From Eledone cirrhosa (taxonomy: Eukaryota): a stretch of DNA of 64,000 nt. Positions within the stretch are counted from its first letter, which is position 1. Each line of letters opens with the position of its first letter. The DNA lies in contig OZ024751.1 of the NCBI GenBank assembly GCA_964016885.1, positions 31,930,001-31,994,000 on the forward strand, read 5' to 3'. Of this stretch, positions 42,340 through 55,218 are shown piece after piece. The notes beneath the pieces are model-generated. The model did no database searches. It saw nothing but the letters and a program-made list of their open reading frames with translations, and was not told the DNA's origin. The translations under genes were made by a program, and so were the position numbers.

Positions 42340-43530
42340 GTGTACACAAGATGGTTTTGTGACTCTGCATCTCGGCTGATGGCAGTTCCATGCCTGTAGA
42401 GTTTATATTGAACTGGCAATGTTCCCCAGGCCAGAGATAAACAGAAATGAGCTGAGGACTGAACTCTGATACACTCCTACCTGTACATGGCTTGAACTGC
42501 TCTCACAAGGCATTCTGCTACACCTAGTTTCCTTAAGGATCACTAAATGACAAATCATGGTACTCTGTCAACAAAAGTCAGATATAGAGGCTTACTGTTA
42601 ACTAAGAACTTCTCTTGTAATTATCTCACTAAAAAAAAAAAGCATCTGTGGTACTAAAACCAAACCACATTGCATCTAGTTTGACTCTTTACCTAATTAG
42701 TTGTGCCAGAACTCTTTATCACTTTTATAACTTGGTCTATTAGTTTTATACCTGGTAGTTGCTCCTTTTTAGAGTATCATCTTTACCCTTGTAGCAATTA
42801 ATGAGTATGCTGTTGTGTCAGTCATCAGAATGACTCCCGCCTGTATTAACTGATTGAATATGCGGGGGGACTAGTTCAGCTCTTACTTCCCCAAATGCTT
42901 TCAGCATCTCAGTGACTATATCAGATGATCCAGTAACCTTACCGTTTTTCATTTCCTTGATTGCTTCTTTGACCATATAACTGTCAATTTTGATAGCTGG
43001 TCCCTTTGCTGAGTCACGTGGAAGTAGTCTCTCTTCATTCGACTCAATCTCTCATTGTAACATTTCCAGGCCTCTTTCTTTTAAGAATCAGCGATGCTAA
43101 GGGCACCGGTCTCATTTTAAACACTTTTTTCCAACAATATTGATTCACACTGACCTACCTTGCAATGCAGAACAATTCATGTCTCTGACCTTCACGCCAC
43201 AAGACATTGGCATACTTTCATTTAACCTCTTTTCATGCTATGTATACTTGTTGTCTAGCTTTTCTATTAGCTACCTGGTACTCTTCAGCTTCCATTTTCC
43301 CAGTCTTTCCACACCTGTCTATCCACTGTAATGTTCCACCACCAGGTTACCCTCTGTCAGACTAGTGCTTTACTCTAGTCACAAGTCTCATCTGTAGTAA
43401 GTTGTCACGTAGGAACTTTTAATTGTCCTCTATGTCATATGTGACTAACCCATCTCCCTTCTCATCATATGCCTAATGTAGAGCTTTCTTGAACCAATAC
43501 TTAACAGAAAGGTCCTTTAGTTTCCAAACT
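42340..43530 (-). mobile_element. Old degenerate RTE LINE fragment, same family as 48091-51388
   Basis: Nucleotide matches such as CTTTACCCTTGTAGCA and CATGGCTTG..GCTCTCACAAG to the intronic LINE. Confidence 0.75.
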
Positions 43531-43658
43531 CTCATCCACCATACTGTACACTAGATCAATAGAAAACCAAACCACCTGAGTTCTATTACTGACAATTTGG
43601 TTTAAAAGAAAGAAGAAACAATAAGGCATAACTTAATTTTCCATATGATTTTAATGAA

Positions 43659-43664
43659 TTTATT
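43659..43664 (-). terminator. Polyadenylation signal AATAAA of TOMM7
   Basis: TTTATT on the plus strand about 72 nt past the stop codon; U-rich sequence follows on the minus strand. Confidence 0.65.
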
Positions 43665-43735
43665 GTGACTGGAAATACAAATTTTCTCCTCAGAAATATT
43701 TACATCTTCTCAGTTAGACCATAAATGGGTGGTGT

Positions 43736-43751
43736 TCACTGCCATAACAAA
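43736..43751 (-). CDS. TOMM7: Tom7 coding exon 3 (SLLWQ-stop, 16 nt)
   Basis: Acceptor TTTTCTTGTCATTGCAG| then T TTG TTA TGG CAG TGA completes a 55-aa protein ending SLLWQ (human SLLWG). AATAAA lies about 70 nt downstream. Confidence 0.9.
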
Positions 43752-44019
43752 CTGCAATGACAAGAAAATATTAAGTAATATAACATATTGAATATATGCA
43801 TGTGATATATGGAAAGTGGACGTTAAACGATGATGATGATACATATATATATATGTATACGTGTATGTGTGTATGTGCGAGTGTATGAGGTATAAATAAG
43901 ATTTGGCTGCTCTTTCTAACACTGGGAGACCACAAAGAGAATTCGAGTCATATATATTATATATACACACACAAACATACTTACGCACTCACAAATACAT
44001 GCTCAAACACACACATTTG

Positions 44020-46110
44020 TAACGATCGTCTGCCAAGACTATTGGAATTTCACGTGTTTATGTTTTGTTGGTGAGAGAAAGGAGATAGTGTGGTGGTAGG
44101 AGGGGGTTAACTGTCAAGACACAGAGAGGGGGGTGATAGGGAGAGAAAGGCAGAGAAATATATATATAGAGAGAGGGGGAAGTAGAAAGTGAGGAGTCAG
44201 AGAGAGGTGAACAAAAAGAAATTGAGTGAGAGAGTGACTATAGGAGGGAAACAGCGACAGCGAGGAAGAGTCAAATAGTGGAGAGAGAGAGGGACAGAAA
44301 AGGCTGTGTTAGAAGGGAAAGAAAGAAAGAGAGAGAGAACGAAGGGGAGTGAGTTGATAGTTATGTCGTGATTAAATGGAAGAAAACCAGACGACACAAT
44401 ATGAAATATTAAACACGATATAAGAAAAATATGATTACATAAATATATAAACGTCTTTACATATGTAACTATCGTCTGCCATCACAACACAAATAGTTTT
44501 ACCGGAATTTCACGAAGTTTAGGCTTTAATCTTACCTTTATTTTGTTATTTTTCCTTATCAATGTTTTATTATAAAGTTCTTAATGTAATTATGGCGAAT
44601 ACATTGATATTTTATTGTCGTGTTTTATTTATTTATTTTGTTCGAGATATTTTTATCTGGTAGAGCGCCTACATGGGGAACGGGTGTCGTTTTGTATGTT
44701 TACAGATTTACTTCCCCCTTGACAGTAAAATTGATCTGATTTTGCACACCCGCAATTATATTCCAGGAGAGAGGACGAAGAAGAGGTGATGTGAGTGTGT
44801 TTATGTTTGGTTGGTGAGAGCGAGAGAAAGAGATAGTGTGGTGGTAGGAGGGGTCAGATGTCAACAGTGGGGGGTGATAGGGAGAGGAAGACAGAGAAAT
44901 ACAGAGGAGATGGAGAGAGAGAGCGAGATGGATAGAGAGGGATGTTGAGTGAATAGAAGGTAAAGCAGAGAGAGGGAAAGAAGCAGTCAGATAGAGAATG
45001 GCGCGGGGGAGGGGGGGGGGGAGAGAAAGAAGGATTTGAGAGGGAAGTAGAAAGTGCTGAGTCTAAGAGAGAGAGACTATAGGAGGGAAACAGCAACAGA
45101 GAGGAAGAGACAAAGAGTGAAGGAGAGAGAGAGTGCGGCAGTAAGAAAACAAAGGGGAGTGTATGTCGTGATTAAATGGAAGGAAACCAGACGACACAAT
45201 ATGAAATATTAAACACGATATAAGCAAAATATTTTTTGTAAATAAGACACTAATTTATATATACACAGGAGAGATGGGGAGGGGAGAGAGACTGGAGCGA
45301 TGACAGTGAGAGTTCGGCTCCTCTGTATTCAGACTTGGTGTACGTGTGTGTGTGTATGTTTACTTCTATTCATTCGATATGATAGTAACAAGTAGTACCA
45401 ATAAATCACACATTCATTCGTATGTAACGATAGTGACTAAGGGTTAAGCATGCATACATGTCGTCTGTCTAAAATATAAACCTCCTTCTCCGATGTGTTG
45501 GTCTTACGTCACGTTTGATAACATACAGAAAGGGGAGGAGAGAGTAACACAAAGAGATAGAGAGGGAGGGAGAGTAACACAGAGATAGAGAGAGAGAGAG
45601 TAATAAAGAGAAGCAGAGTAAAACAGAGAGGAGAAAGAATGTAACAAAGGGATAGAGAGGGAGGCTAAAACTGATAGACAGAAATAAACGTTGGTTGATT
45701 GAAGATTTAAAGTAATGAGCGGAGTGACAGATAAATAGTGTAATGAGAGAGAGAAAAGCGAGAGAGAGTGAAGGGGAAGAGCGAGAGAGTAAACGAAGCT
45801 ACAGTGACACACACATACAGCAGCAATTGTCGTCTGCCACAAACATCCAAGTTACGCTATTTATTTTAACCTTTCTTCATTGTTTTAGTAAAGAGTTATA
45901 AATGTTATTATGGCGAATATGTCCGTGTTTCTTAGTCTGCTTTTATATATTTATTTTGTTGAAGACACTTTTAGCTGGTAGAGCGACCAAATAAAGACTC
46001 GGTGTCGTTTTTCAACCAATTCGTGTAAGGGGAGAGAAATTGTGCAGGTCCCCTGCTGTATATATCAAGATTTACTTCCCTTTAGCTATAAACTTTATTT
46101 GATTTTACTA
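44020..46110. repeat. Cluster of unclassified GA-rich interspersed repeats with local duplications
   Basis: 44060-44430 resembles 44800-45230, and 44470-44745 resembles 45830-46110 (CGTCTGCCA, TTATGGCGAATA, CTGGTAGAGCG, GATTTACTTCCC). Confidence 0.65.
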
Positions 46111-46118
46111 AAAATGTA

Positions 46119-46639
46119 CAGGACATAAGTTCGGAAGCAAATGTTTGTAACTTGATTTCTAAAAGTGTTGAAAGTATATAATTAATATTCTTCTTTTATT
46201 TTCATGTTAAAACATTAGTCTTTGTAAATATATTGAACTTTGTTTGAATTTCTTAAAGAATTTGAATATGTCATTCAATAGAGAAAGGATATTAAAACTT
46301 AATTGAACAGGGAAGTCAGATTCGGATATTGCAAAGTTACTTTTGGTTGCCAGATCTACTGTTTGGAAAGCCGTGAAGCATTTTAAAGAGCAGGATTTGT
46401 CAGATAGACCCAAAAGTGGAAGACCACGAACTAAACGGATTCCTACTCTTATTAAAGACATTTGAGAAAAGATAAGAAGAAGCTGTTATTGCTACACACG
46501 GGGCGTCATTTTAAATAAACTCTATATATTATATTCTAAAGATATTTATGTATATTTACATATATTTTGCTTGTGAATAAAGTTAATAGTTTTGTTATTA
46601 AAAGCATTTTAATTGCTCCCAAACTTATGCCCCACCCTG
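46119..46639 (+). mobile_element. Internally deleted Tc1/mariner (maT-like) transposon
   Basis: From ATG 46268 a decayed HTH (IAKLLLVARSTVWKAVKHF) and SGRPR motif. Imperfect TIRs CATAAGTTCGGAAGCAA and TTGCTCCCAAACTTATG..CACCCTG. Confidence 0.85.
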
Positions 46640-46649
46640 CATTTCACCA

Positions 46650-47217
46650 TTTCTACAGTTGTGTGGTTACACAGTGAGAGGGATTCGTTGCAGCCACAGT
46701 CTGAAAATGCGTTTCCTGAACTGTGGTTTGCTGTGAGAAGGGTTTGGCATGGCCAACTGGCCTGCCCCTGCTCATAATGGTGTCATCCAGTGCCATGCTC
46801 TGATGCTGTGGTTCTGCCGCTGGCCTGTCTCACCCCACAGCAGAGCCATGCGGCATCCGATACCTGAACTGAGGGTGCGCTGAAATATAGGTTTGGCGCA
46901 GCCAACAGGCCTGTCTCTCTGCATAGTCGTGTCATCCAGTAATGGGTTGTGAAACTAGTTCCACTGTGAGATAGGTTTGGTGTAACCAACTGGCCAGTCC
47001 CTCCTCATAACGGAGCCATCCAGTTCCACACTGTAAATGTGTGTGGTGTTAGGAAGGGCATCCAGTTGTAAAATACCAGGCCAGATTTACAGTCCTCATC
47101 AGAGCAAAGTAAGGCATGGCCAACTCTAGCCAGACTTGTTTCCCAATGTGGACGACCCATCTAACCCATGCAAGTATGGAAAAATGGACACTAAACGGTG
47201 ATGATGATGATGATGAT
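46650..47217 (+). mobile_element. RTE-type 3' UTR fragment with internal repeats and (ATG)n tail
   Basis: GGTGTTAGGAAGGGCATCCAG and CCATGCAAGTATGGAAAAATGGAC..(GAT)n match the reverse complement of the LINE 3' UTR at 48092-48260. Confidence 0.7.
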
Positions 47218-47797
47218 ATATATACATATAGTTATATATATATAATCACTTTTCGTTTTCAGTTATAGCATACTTTTTCCTTTTATTTGTCTATTTAGTT
47301 TAAAAGACACACACTGTCCTATATTACCGAATTGCAATCCTGTATGTGCTGGAGGGAATGATCCAAACTTTAAAACAATGAAATTCTAGTAATTTCCAGT
47401 GGTTAGCTGGCAAGAAGGGATATGCCCATGTTTTTTTTTTCAGTCGTCTGTCCTTGTCATATATGCCCATATTTTGAATTTTATATATGTACAGGCATGG
47501 CGATAGAACAATGAAAATATATATATACACACACATGTTGAGTCTCTCTCACTTCCAATGTTGAATGCACCAATTTATTGAACAACAGAACAACCTGCTC
47601 ATGAAATTAATATGTAGGTGACTGAGTATTCCACTGAGACATGTATCCTGAATATAGTTCTCAGGGAGATTTAGCATGAAACAAGTATGACAAGTATTTC
47701 TTATTAATGTTGAATAGTTAACAAGTTTGCTTCATAATCCTAATCTTGGTCATTTGAAATAATCAAGAATTTAGTAATATAACTTTTACATTATTAA

Positions 47798-48022
47798 CCC
47801 TTTAATTACCAACCCAGCCAAAACCATCTCTGGTTCTATGAAATAAACCCACCCATTTTAAAGGTTACCAACTTAAATTAAAATCTTCCAACATAATTTT
47901 ATATAAGAACCTTACATTAAGTTACTATATTACTAATGAAATAATTTTAGTAAATCCTTCAAAATTTTTCATTAATTAATCAAAATAGAGTGTATTTGAT
48001 TAGAAATGTGGTTATGAAAGGG
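47798..48022. mobile_element. Second piggyBac-like MITE family with TTAA duplication; inverted copy at about 5395-5639
   Basis: TTAA-CCCTTT ... AAAGGG-TTAA; internal sequence is shared with the reverse copy near 5.5 kb. Confidence 0.8.
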
Positions 48023-48090
48023 TTAAGTTGGAGTTTGGATCAAAACTTAAATATTCTTACATAAAATTATGATGGAAGGTTTCTAGATAT

Positions 48091-51000
48091 ATCATCATCA
48101 TCATCATCATCATCTTCGTTTAATGTCCATCTTCCACGCTTGCATAGGTTTGGACGGGAGTTTTCCTACTTGAGGCAAGAGTGGTTGTCTTGCTCGCATA
48201 GGACTGTCTGGCAGGTTTTCTACGGCTGGATGCCCTTCCTAACACCAACCACGTTTACAGTGTGAACTGGGAGATTTTTACCGTGTTACCTACACGGCCA
48301 CATTACAGCGTGGACTGTGTTTTTTTGTCGTGACACCTACACGACCTCATTTGTTTCGAACTGGATGTTGTGGTACCAACATAACTTTACATTGAAAGGG
48401 GTGGTGTGGATGAGGTGGGGGTAGTGGGACGGGGTGTATTTTTGTTAGAGGTGCCTACTGACTGTAGTAGGTTTCACTTTGTACTTAGGTAAGGCGGGTC
48501 TTCTGTATTACTGTGAAGCGCCAAAGATCGCGGTCCAGTGACATTGTCTTGGAGAGGTGTAAGTGTGTGAGGTCGGAATTTATCAAGCCGTCCCAGGTTT
48601 TTCTGGGTCTGCCTACTCCGTGGCTACCATCTATTTTTATTGCCCTGCACTTTTTTATACAGCCATCGTCTTTCATGCGCATCACGTGACCATACCAACG
48701 TAGTCTTCTCTCGAGTAAACAACATCTGATCCCTCTTATTTCTAATTTTTCCCTTAGTTCGTTTATGCTTTGCCGTTCACGTATATTACTGTTACACATC
48801 CAGCGGAGCATGCAAGCTTCGATCCTCTCCAGTCTGCGTATATCCTCTGCACACAATGCCTAGGTCTCACTGCCATGTAACATTGCTGTTCGCATGCAGG
48901 CATCATACAGCCTGCCTTTCATTTTTAGAGAGAACTCTTTATCGGCTAATAGTGGTATAAGCTCTCTGAACTTTTTCCATCCAGTTCTGACTCTAGCTAC
49001 TGTACTTTCAGAGCACCCTCCACCACTGCTGATTTTGTCACCCAAGTAACGGAAGGTGTCCACTATTTCTATAGAACCATCTGTGCAATGGAATGAGCTA
49101 GTATTCTGTGGGCACTTGCTGCTACTTATTGCACCAGAGCACCGGCCACATATAAAATCTATGTTCTTAGTTAGCTTACCTGTGAACCCACTACATCTTT
49201 TATGCACCCATACTTTGCATTTGGGACATAAAATGGAGTTTCTACCTACTCCTTTCCTACACACTGAGCATGGCCATTTCCCGGATGGGACCGATGCCCT
49301 ATTTTCCTTCCTACAAACTAGAACTTTGATTCTAGGCCATGCTTCCATGTTTGGAATTTCTTCTCTAGTTCAGCCATTGATTCAGCTATGAGCATTAGAA
49401 CATCTGCGTATAGGAGTTCCCATGGGCAGCCGGTCTTGAACTCCACTGTTATAGCCTGAAGGGCAATAATAAATAGTAGGGGGCTAAGAACAGAGCCCTG
49501 ATGAACACCAACTTTTACGCTAAACTCTTCACTATATTCGTTGTTAATTCTAACCTTGCTGACTGTTTCTTTATACATGGCTTGTATAGCTCTCACAAGC
49601 CATTCATCAACACCTAGTTTTCTAAGAGCCCACCAGATAATGGAACGGGGGACTCTGTCAAAGGCTTTCTTCAAGTCGACAAAAGCTAAGTATAGGGGTT
49701 TACTTTTAGCTAGGTACTTCTCCTGTAGTTGTCGTACAATGAAAAGAGCGTCGGTGGTACTTTTACCTGACACAAACCCGAACTGCATTTCATCTAGATC
49801 AATTCGCTCTCTGATTAGTTGCGCTATTACTTTTTCCGTGACCTTCATGACCTGGTCGATTAATTTAATGCCTCTATAGTTACCCCTATCAGGGCATCTC
49901 CTTTACCCTTGTAGCAGTTAATGATGATGCTGCTACGCCAGTCCTTCGAAACAACCCTATTCTGTATGACTTGGTTTACTATCCGGGTGACCATGGTGTG
50001 TCCCACCGTTTCAGAAGCTTTCAGCATTTCAGCAACTATTTCCGAAGGCCCAGTCGCCTTACCCGTCTTCATATCTTTGATTGCCTTACTTATTATACTA
50101 CCTTCGACTAACACTGCTGGTCCCTCTATTGGATCGATGTGGGGGAGACTGTCTTTCTCCCATTTATTCTCTTCATTTAGTAGCCTTTCGTAGTGACACT
50201 TCCAAGCTACCTTCTTATCAGCGTTAGTGATGGCAAGTACACCATCATCATTAAGGACACACTTCTCCCTGACAAATTGCCTAGCAATCCTGAACACCTC
50301 ATGTTTTTGGTCCTCGCGTTGTAGAACATGCTTGAACTTTCTTTCCTCTGCTTCCCTTCTTGCGAAGTACACTTGTCTCCTAGCTTCCCTCCTGGCCACT
50401 TGATAGTCTTCTTTACTTCCCCCATCCCGCCATACTTTCCAAGCCTGCTTTTTGGCCTTAATTGACTCCTCCACCACCACGTTACTCTCCTCCTACCTAT
50501 AGGCCTGCTCCAGCCACAGACTTTGTCTGCCGCCATCAGCAGGTTTGCTTTCAGGAATTCCCACTGTTCCTCTATATTGTACGACTCTAATTGCTCTTCC
50601 TTACTGTCAAAAGCATCAAGTAATATGCTTTTAAATTTATTACTGGCTGTGGGGTCCTTTAGCTTTCATATTTTTCTCGAGGATAGTCCTCTTCTGTTGT
50701 CGAGTACATCTCGTCCTGACTATGAGGTCGCTAATTATCAGTCTATGTTGGGAGGTGCATTCTTCATGGGGGAGGGATTTAGTGTTTACAACAGACACTC
50801 TGTCACGTCTTCTGGTAAGGATATAATCTACCTGGCTGGTATGTTCCCCTGATCTGTAGGTGATCAAGTGATTGTCTCGTTTTTTGAAGTTAGTGTTACA
50901 GATAGTTAGGTTATTTGCGTCACAGAATTCCAAGATTCTGGAGCCTTTCTCATTTCTAGTACCAAACCCATAGCCTCCATGGATTTCGTCATAGCCGTCA

Positions 51001-51388
51001 CAATGTTGTCCAACGTGACCATTTAGGTCGCCAGCAATAATTATATAGTCACTGTCGGTTATTTGGGAGGTAGTGAGCATCAGTGTCTCATAGAATCTGT
51101 CTTATAGCGCCAGGCAGTCTGGATTGGGGTGCGTACGCAGATATTACTGTCACAGTAGTTCTATTTAGAACAAGTCTTATTTTAATTATTCTGTCATTCA
51201 CTCTATTTACGTCTATTATCTTATCCACCCATTTTTCTGCTAACATGATTCCTACCCCACCTAGCCCATTGTCATTTCCCACCCAGAAAAGCTTATAGCA
51301 TCGTTTTTTTACCCACAATGAATCTAGTAGACCCGCCCCTCCACCTGGTCTCTTGGATACAGCAAACATCAACCTCCTTACATTCAAG
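48091..51388 (-). mobile_element. RTE-clade LINE, long but decayed (APE endonuclease, RT with inserted PHD finger, 3' UTR, (ATG)n tail), in TOMM7 intron 2
   Basis: ORF pieces show AGDLNGHVG, SQVDYIL, QFGF, FVDLKKAFD, GVHQGSVLSP, YADV (dead YADD), FRYLG, RRLRWYGHV and GRPRKTW. Frameshifts and stops; (CAT)n at about 48092-48113. Confidence 0.95.
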
Positions 51389-51519
51389 CATTATATATAA
51401 AAACTTACTAGCTGAGTATCATAGAACCAGAGATGGTATCTGGGGGTTTGGCATTGAAAGAGATAAAAGTCAATAGAAAAAGTGTTGTTATCAGTCTAAT
51501 ATTGTAACTAATCAGCCCT

Positions 51520-51950
51520 AACCTATAGTCATGAATCTTGGGTAATGGCCAAAAGAATACAATTGTGAATACAAGCAGCCGAAATGGGATTCCTCTGAAG
51601 GGTCTTTGGAGTCACGTTACTCGATAAAGTGCATAGCTCAGCGATCAGAGAGTTACTCGAGGTAGAGCCGCTACTTCTCTGAATTGTGAGATCACAGATT
51701 CAATACTATGGGTACATGGTTAGAATGTCCCAGGAAAGAATCGCTGGACAGATTTTACGGGTAAAACCAACTGGCAAGACATCCAGGGGTAGACCCTGAG
51801 CAAGATGGTTGGGTAACATCCTTGAGCTTGGCTGGTCCCACTTGGGGATCCAGCCGGATGAGTTGAAGATGGTTGCTTCTGACAGGACTCGCTGGAGAGA
51901 GTGTTGAGGACTCTGCATCCATGAACCTCTCAGGAATAAGTGGGCGAAAA
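51520..51950 (+). mobile_element. Expander/Rex3-like RTE 3' fragment; related pieces at about 41945-42160 and 14570-14818
   Basis: HESWVMAKRIQL*IQAAEMGFL (cf. HELWVMTERTRSRIQAAEM). KFKYLEILFTSDG near 41960. The fragments are mutually similar at nucleotide level. Confidence 0.75.
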
Positions 51951-52086
51951 CCCTAGGGCTTACAAATATATATACTGAAAATAGTACTACTAGGTACTGC
52001 ACACATTATGAAGAGTATTTGAAATGCAATAGAAAGAGAGATGTCCTCAGAAAATAATAATAATAATGAAAATTTGAATATCTTAC

Positions 52087-52135
52087 CTCATCATGGTTAA
52101 TTCTGGCATCCCTTCATCAGCACCTTTCTTAAAAC
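52087..52135 (-). CDS. TOMM7: Tom7 coding exon 2 (GFKKGADEGMPELTMM+AG, 49 nt)
   Basis: Acceptor TTTATTGTAG|, donor AG|GTAAGA, phase matches exon 1. Resembles human GFKRGADPGMPEPTVL. Confidence 0.95.
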
Positions 52136-52217
52136 CTACAATAAACACAGAAGACATTAATTAAAAGATTTCTCTAAGTTGGCTCCAGTTCTCAGGAATT
52201 AGCTTCCTATGTGTGTA

Positions 52218-52890
52218 GGCATGTGGCTAAGTGGTTAGTGAATTGGATTCGCAATCATGAAGTTGCAAGTTTGATTTCCAGACCGGGTGATGCGCTGTTT
52301 TTGAGCAAGACACTTTATTTCCCATTGCTCTTTCTGCCAGGAATTACGACTGGTAGATAGTATCAACAATGGAAAGATCAATAGGAACATTGTTTCCTTG
52401 GTCTGATTTGATAAGTTCTACATCCCTTTGGTAAGTGAATGAGGTCTGAGATCTTGTTGATCGATCTCCTGTGCATGTTTGCTTCGCCTTCAATGGAGGG
52501 ATGACTCAAGAAGAAGAGTGTATAAACAGAATCATGTGTCAGCTATCATATCAATCAAATCAGGAAATACCAGCTGCGAACTGCCTTCAATTTCTTAGGG
52601 CTATAAATATAAATGAATGAACAACTAGGGTTCCTCTGAACATTCATTTCATTTTGTTGGATTTGTCGGGAGAACAATCAGCAAGATCCAAAATATCATT
52701 CGCTTACTGAGTGAGTTGGAACTCGTCAAATCGGACCAAGAAAAAAATGCTTCTATTGCTGATACTATCTACCAGTCACAACTCCTGGCAACGTGAAATA
52801 AGGTGTCTTGCTCAAGGACATAATACATCGCTCGGTTCGGGAATCGAACTCGCAACCTCATGATTGCGAATCCAATTCTCTAACCACTAA
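52218..52890. mobile_element. Tail-to-tail pair of CORE-type SINEs (plus 52218-52480, minus 52670-52890) in TOMM7 intron 1
   Basis: Mutually reverse-complementary heads (GTGGTTAG..GAATTGGATTCGCAATCATGA) and tails (TGCCAGGA..GTAGATAGTATCA..CTTGGTCTGATTTGA). Confidence 0.8.
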
Positions 52891-53613
52891 TACGACTTAT
52901 TTCGTCTTTGTTGGATATATGATTTATAATAATAATAACTGTTTCTATTTTAGGCACAAGGCCAGCAATTATTCAGTACATTACTGGTACTTTATTTTAT
53001 CGACCCCGTAAGGATGAAAGGCAAAGTTAACCTCGGCAGGATTTGAACTCAGATCGTAAAGGGACGTAACTATGCTGGAAAGCATGTCCGATAGGCACAA
53101 AGACAACAATTTTGAGGGTGACGAAAGTCGATTAAATCGACACCAGTGCATTACTGGAATTTTAACAATATTAAAAATATTTTATTATGATACACTGCTA
53201 TTGACAGAAGAGTGTGAGCATATTTAACAGTCACCATTATCGAAAGACATAAAATAAATGCTTACATGACTAACACCACCAGTAAAATGAAATTAACTCG
53301 CCAAATTGACTGGTTTATATTGTTACTGTTGACCACTACATACACACATAATTTTCAAATAAATTTTTAAATAATCCAAGAATTTGAAGAGATTTAGTTA
53401 TATAACTTTCTCATTATTAAGCTGGCGTTTGTAACATAACTAAAAAAATGTTCTTAAAATTACGACGGAAAATTATTTTTAGATAAAAATAAACACTTTA
53501 AAACAGTTTTGTATCATAGGACCAGGAGCAGTTTCAAGCCGGTTGGTTGCTATCAAAAGGGTTAAATAACTACCTAAAAGTCAGTTCCGAAGAAATTTAT
53601 TCTCTATTAATTT

Positions 53614-53802
53614 TACAATTACGCCCGTCTCGTATTGGTCAACTTCATGTATGTTTTTTTAAAATGTATTTTAAATGAATCTGACCTTCAATTCGGTCGG
53701 AAATTAATTTTTTATTCAGGTAACCGACGGTTCTGAAGGTCAGATTCGTTCAACCATAGCAAAAACAAATTTCACCAAAAGGCGAGATGGATGCAATTGT
53801 TA
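53614..53802. mobile_element. Foldback/MITE-like element in TOMM7 intron 1
   Basis: Inverted arms ACAATTACGCCCGTCTCG/CGAGATGGATGCAATTGT and GAATCTGACCTTCA/TGAAGGTCAGATTC. Confidence 0.65.
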
Positions 53803-53946
53803 AGAGATGTAGTAATTTGCTTAACTTGTTTTAGTTGAGTACGTGAAGGTGAATAACTTCACGATGAATTTCTAGATTATATATATATATATATATATAA
53901 ATAAATAGCGATACGTGAGAGAAAGGAAGGGAGAAGAGTCACTTAC

Positions 53947-54049
53947 CGAGATAAAGTACAGACGGAATAAATCCTATATGAAAGACTGTCTTTGCTAACC
54001 ACAGCACACTGTTAACACGACCTTTCATTTCTGGACTCATGTAAACCAT
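53947..54049 (-). CDS. TOMM7: Mitochondrial import receptor subunit Tom7, coding exon 1 (MVYMSPEMKGRVNSVLWLAKTVFHIGFIPSVLYL+G, 103 nt)
   Basis: Minus-strand translation from ATG at 54049 carries the Tom7 GFIPxVxYLG motif and ends at a canonical G|GTAAGT donor (53946-53941). Confidence 0.95.
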
Positions 54050-54439
54050 TTTGGATTAATTAATCAAATAAGTAATTAAAAACTAAACAAGACTGCAATT
54101 CAGCACGTGTTGAAATGATAACAGTTGAAATAGAGGCTGTTAAATGCTAGAAATAGTTTCGTATTTAGAAAAATATTTTAAAATTTCTGTTGTGTTGTTT
54201 AAAAATAACAAACTCATCACACACTGATTAAACTTTACTGTTTTAACTTTTTCTTTGGCTTTTGTTGATTCCATACAGTTGTGTGTGTAGGTGGATCACT
54301 AAAGTCGGTAAAACAACTATAGATGACATACGTTCATGATACACCGGTAGATATTCGACAGTAGGCGGCGCTATTAGTCATTTACCGAGTTTTCCTCTTC
54401 ATGGACACTCCAATCACGAAAAATAGCAGCCAACTATTC
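54050..54439 (-). promoter_or_regulatory. Probable TOMM7 5' UTR/promoter, including a CTCF-like element ACAGTAGGCGGCGCTA (about 54358-54373)
   Basis: Unique, CpG-containing sequence directly upstream of the start codon. Motif similarity judged by eye only. Confidence 0.35.
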
Positions 54440-55149
54440 CTTAAATCCCGCTCATACACACATATATATATATGTATGTATATATATATATATATTGCAT
54501 AGATTAAGAATAACGTCCTCGAAATTGAAAGTGGATTTTTTGACAAGTGAATGTGTTTTTTTTTTTTACAGTGAAATTTACGATACACTCTTTGTTTATT
54601 TACAACAGGTCTCTATAGTGATATGGTGTTAATTAGTATTGCGTGTGTGATTATTTTCTCTTATATATATATGCGTGGGTGTGTATATGTGTGTATATAT
54701 ATGTGTGTCTGTATGTATATATATTCTTTGTGTTTGTATATATATATATGTGTTTGTGTCATCATCATCGTTTAGATGTTTTTGTAATATCTTGCCAAAG
54801 TTGGCACCAACTATAAACAAATTAAGGCCGGGTCATAAGAAGGACAGAGAATGATAAGGGATTTGGGTAAAAACATCTAAACGATGATGATGACACAAAC
54901 ACATATATATATATACAAACACACATATATATATACATACAGACACACATATATATACACACACCCACACATATATATATAAGAGAAAATAATCACACAC
55001 GCAATACTAATTAACACCATATCACTATAGAGACCTGTTGTAAATAAACAAAGAGTGTATCGTAAATTTCATTGTAAAAAAACAAAACAAACACATTCAC
55101 TTGTCAGAAAATCCACTTTCAATTTCGAGGACGTTATTCTTAACCTATG

Positions 55150-55218
<69 letters not shown>

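Noticed and set aside
48091-51388. Active autonomous LINE
   Set aside because: YADD is mutated to YADV, with multiple frameshifts and stops, and the 5' end is missing.
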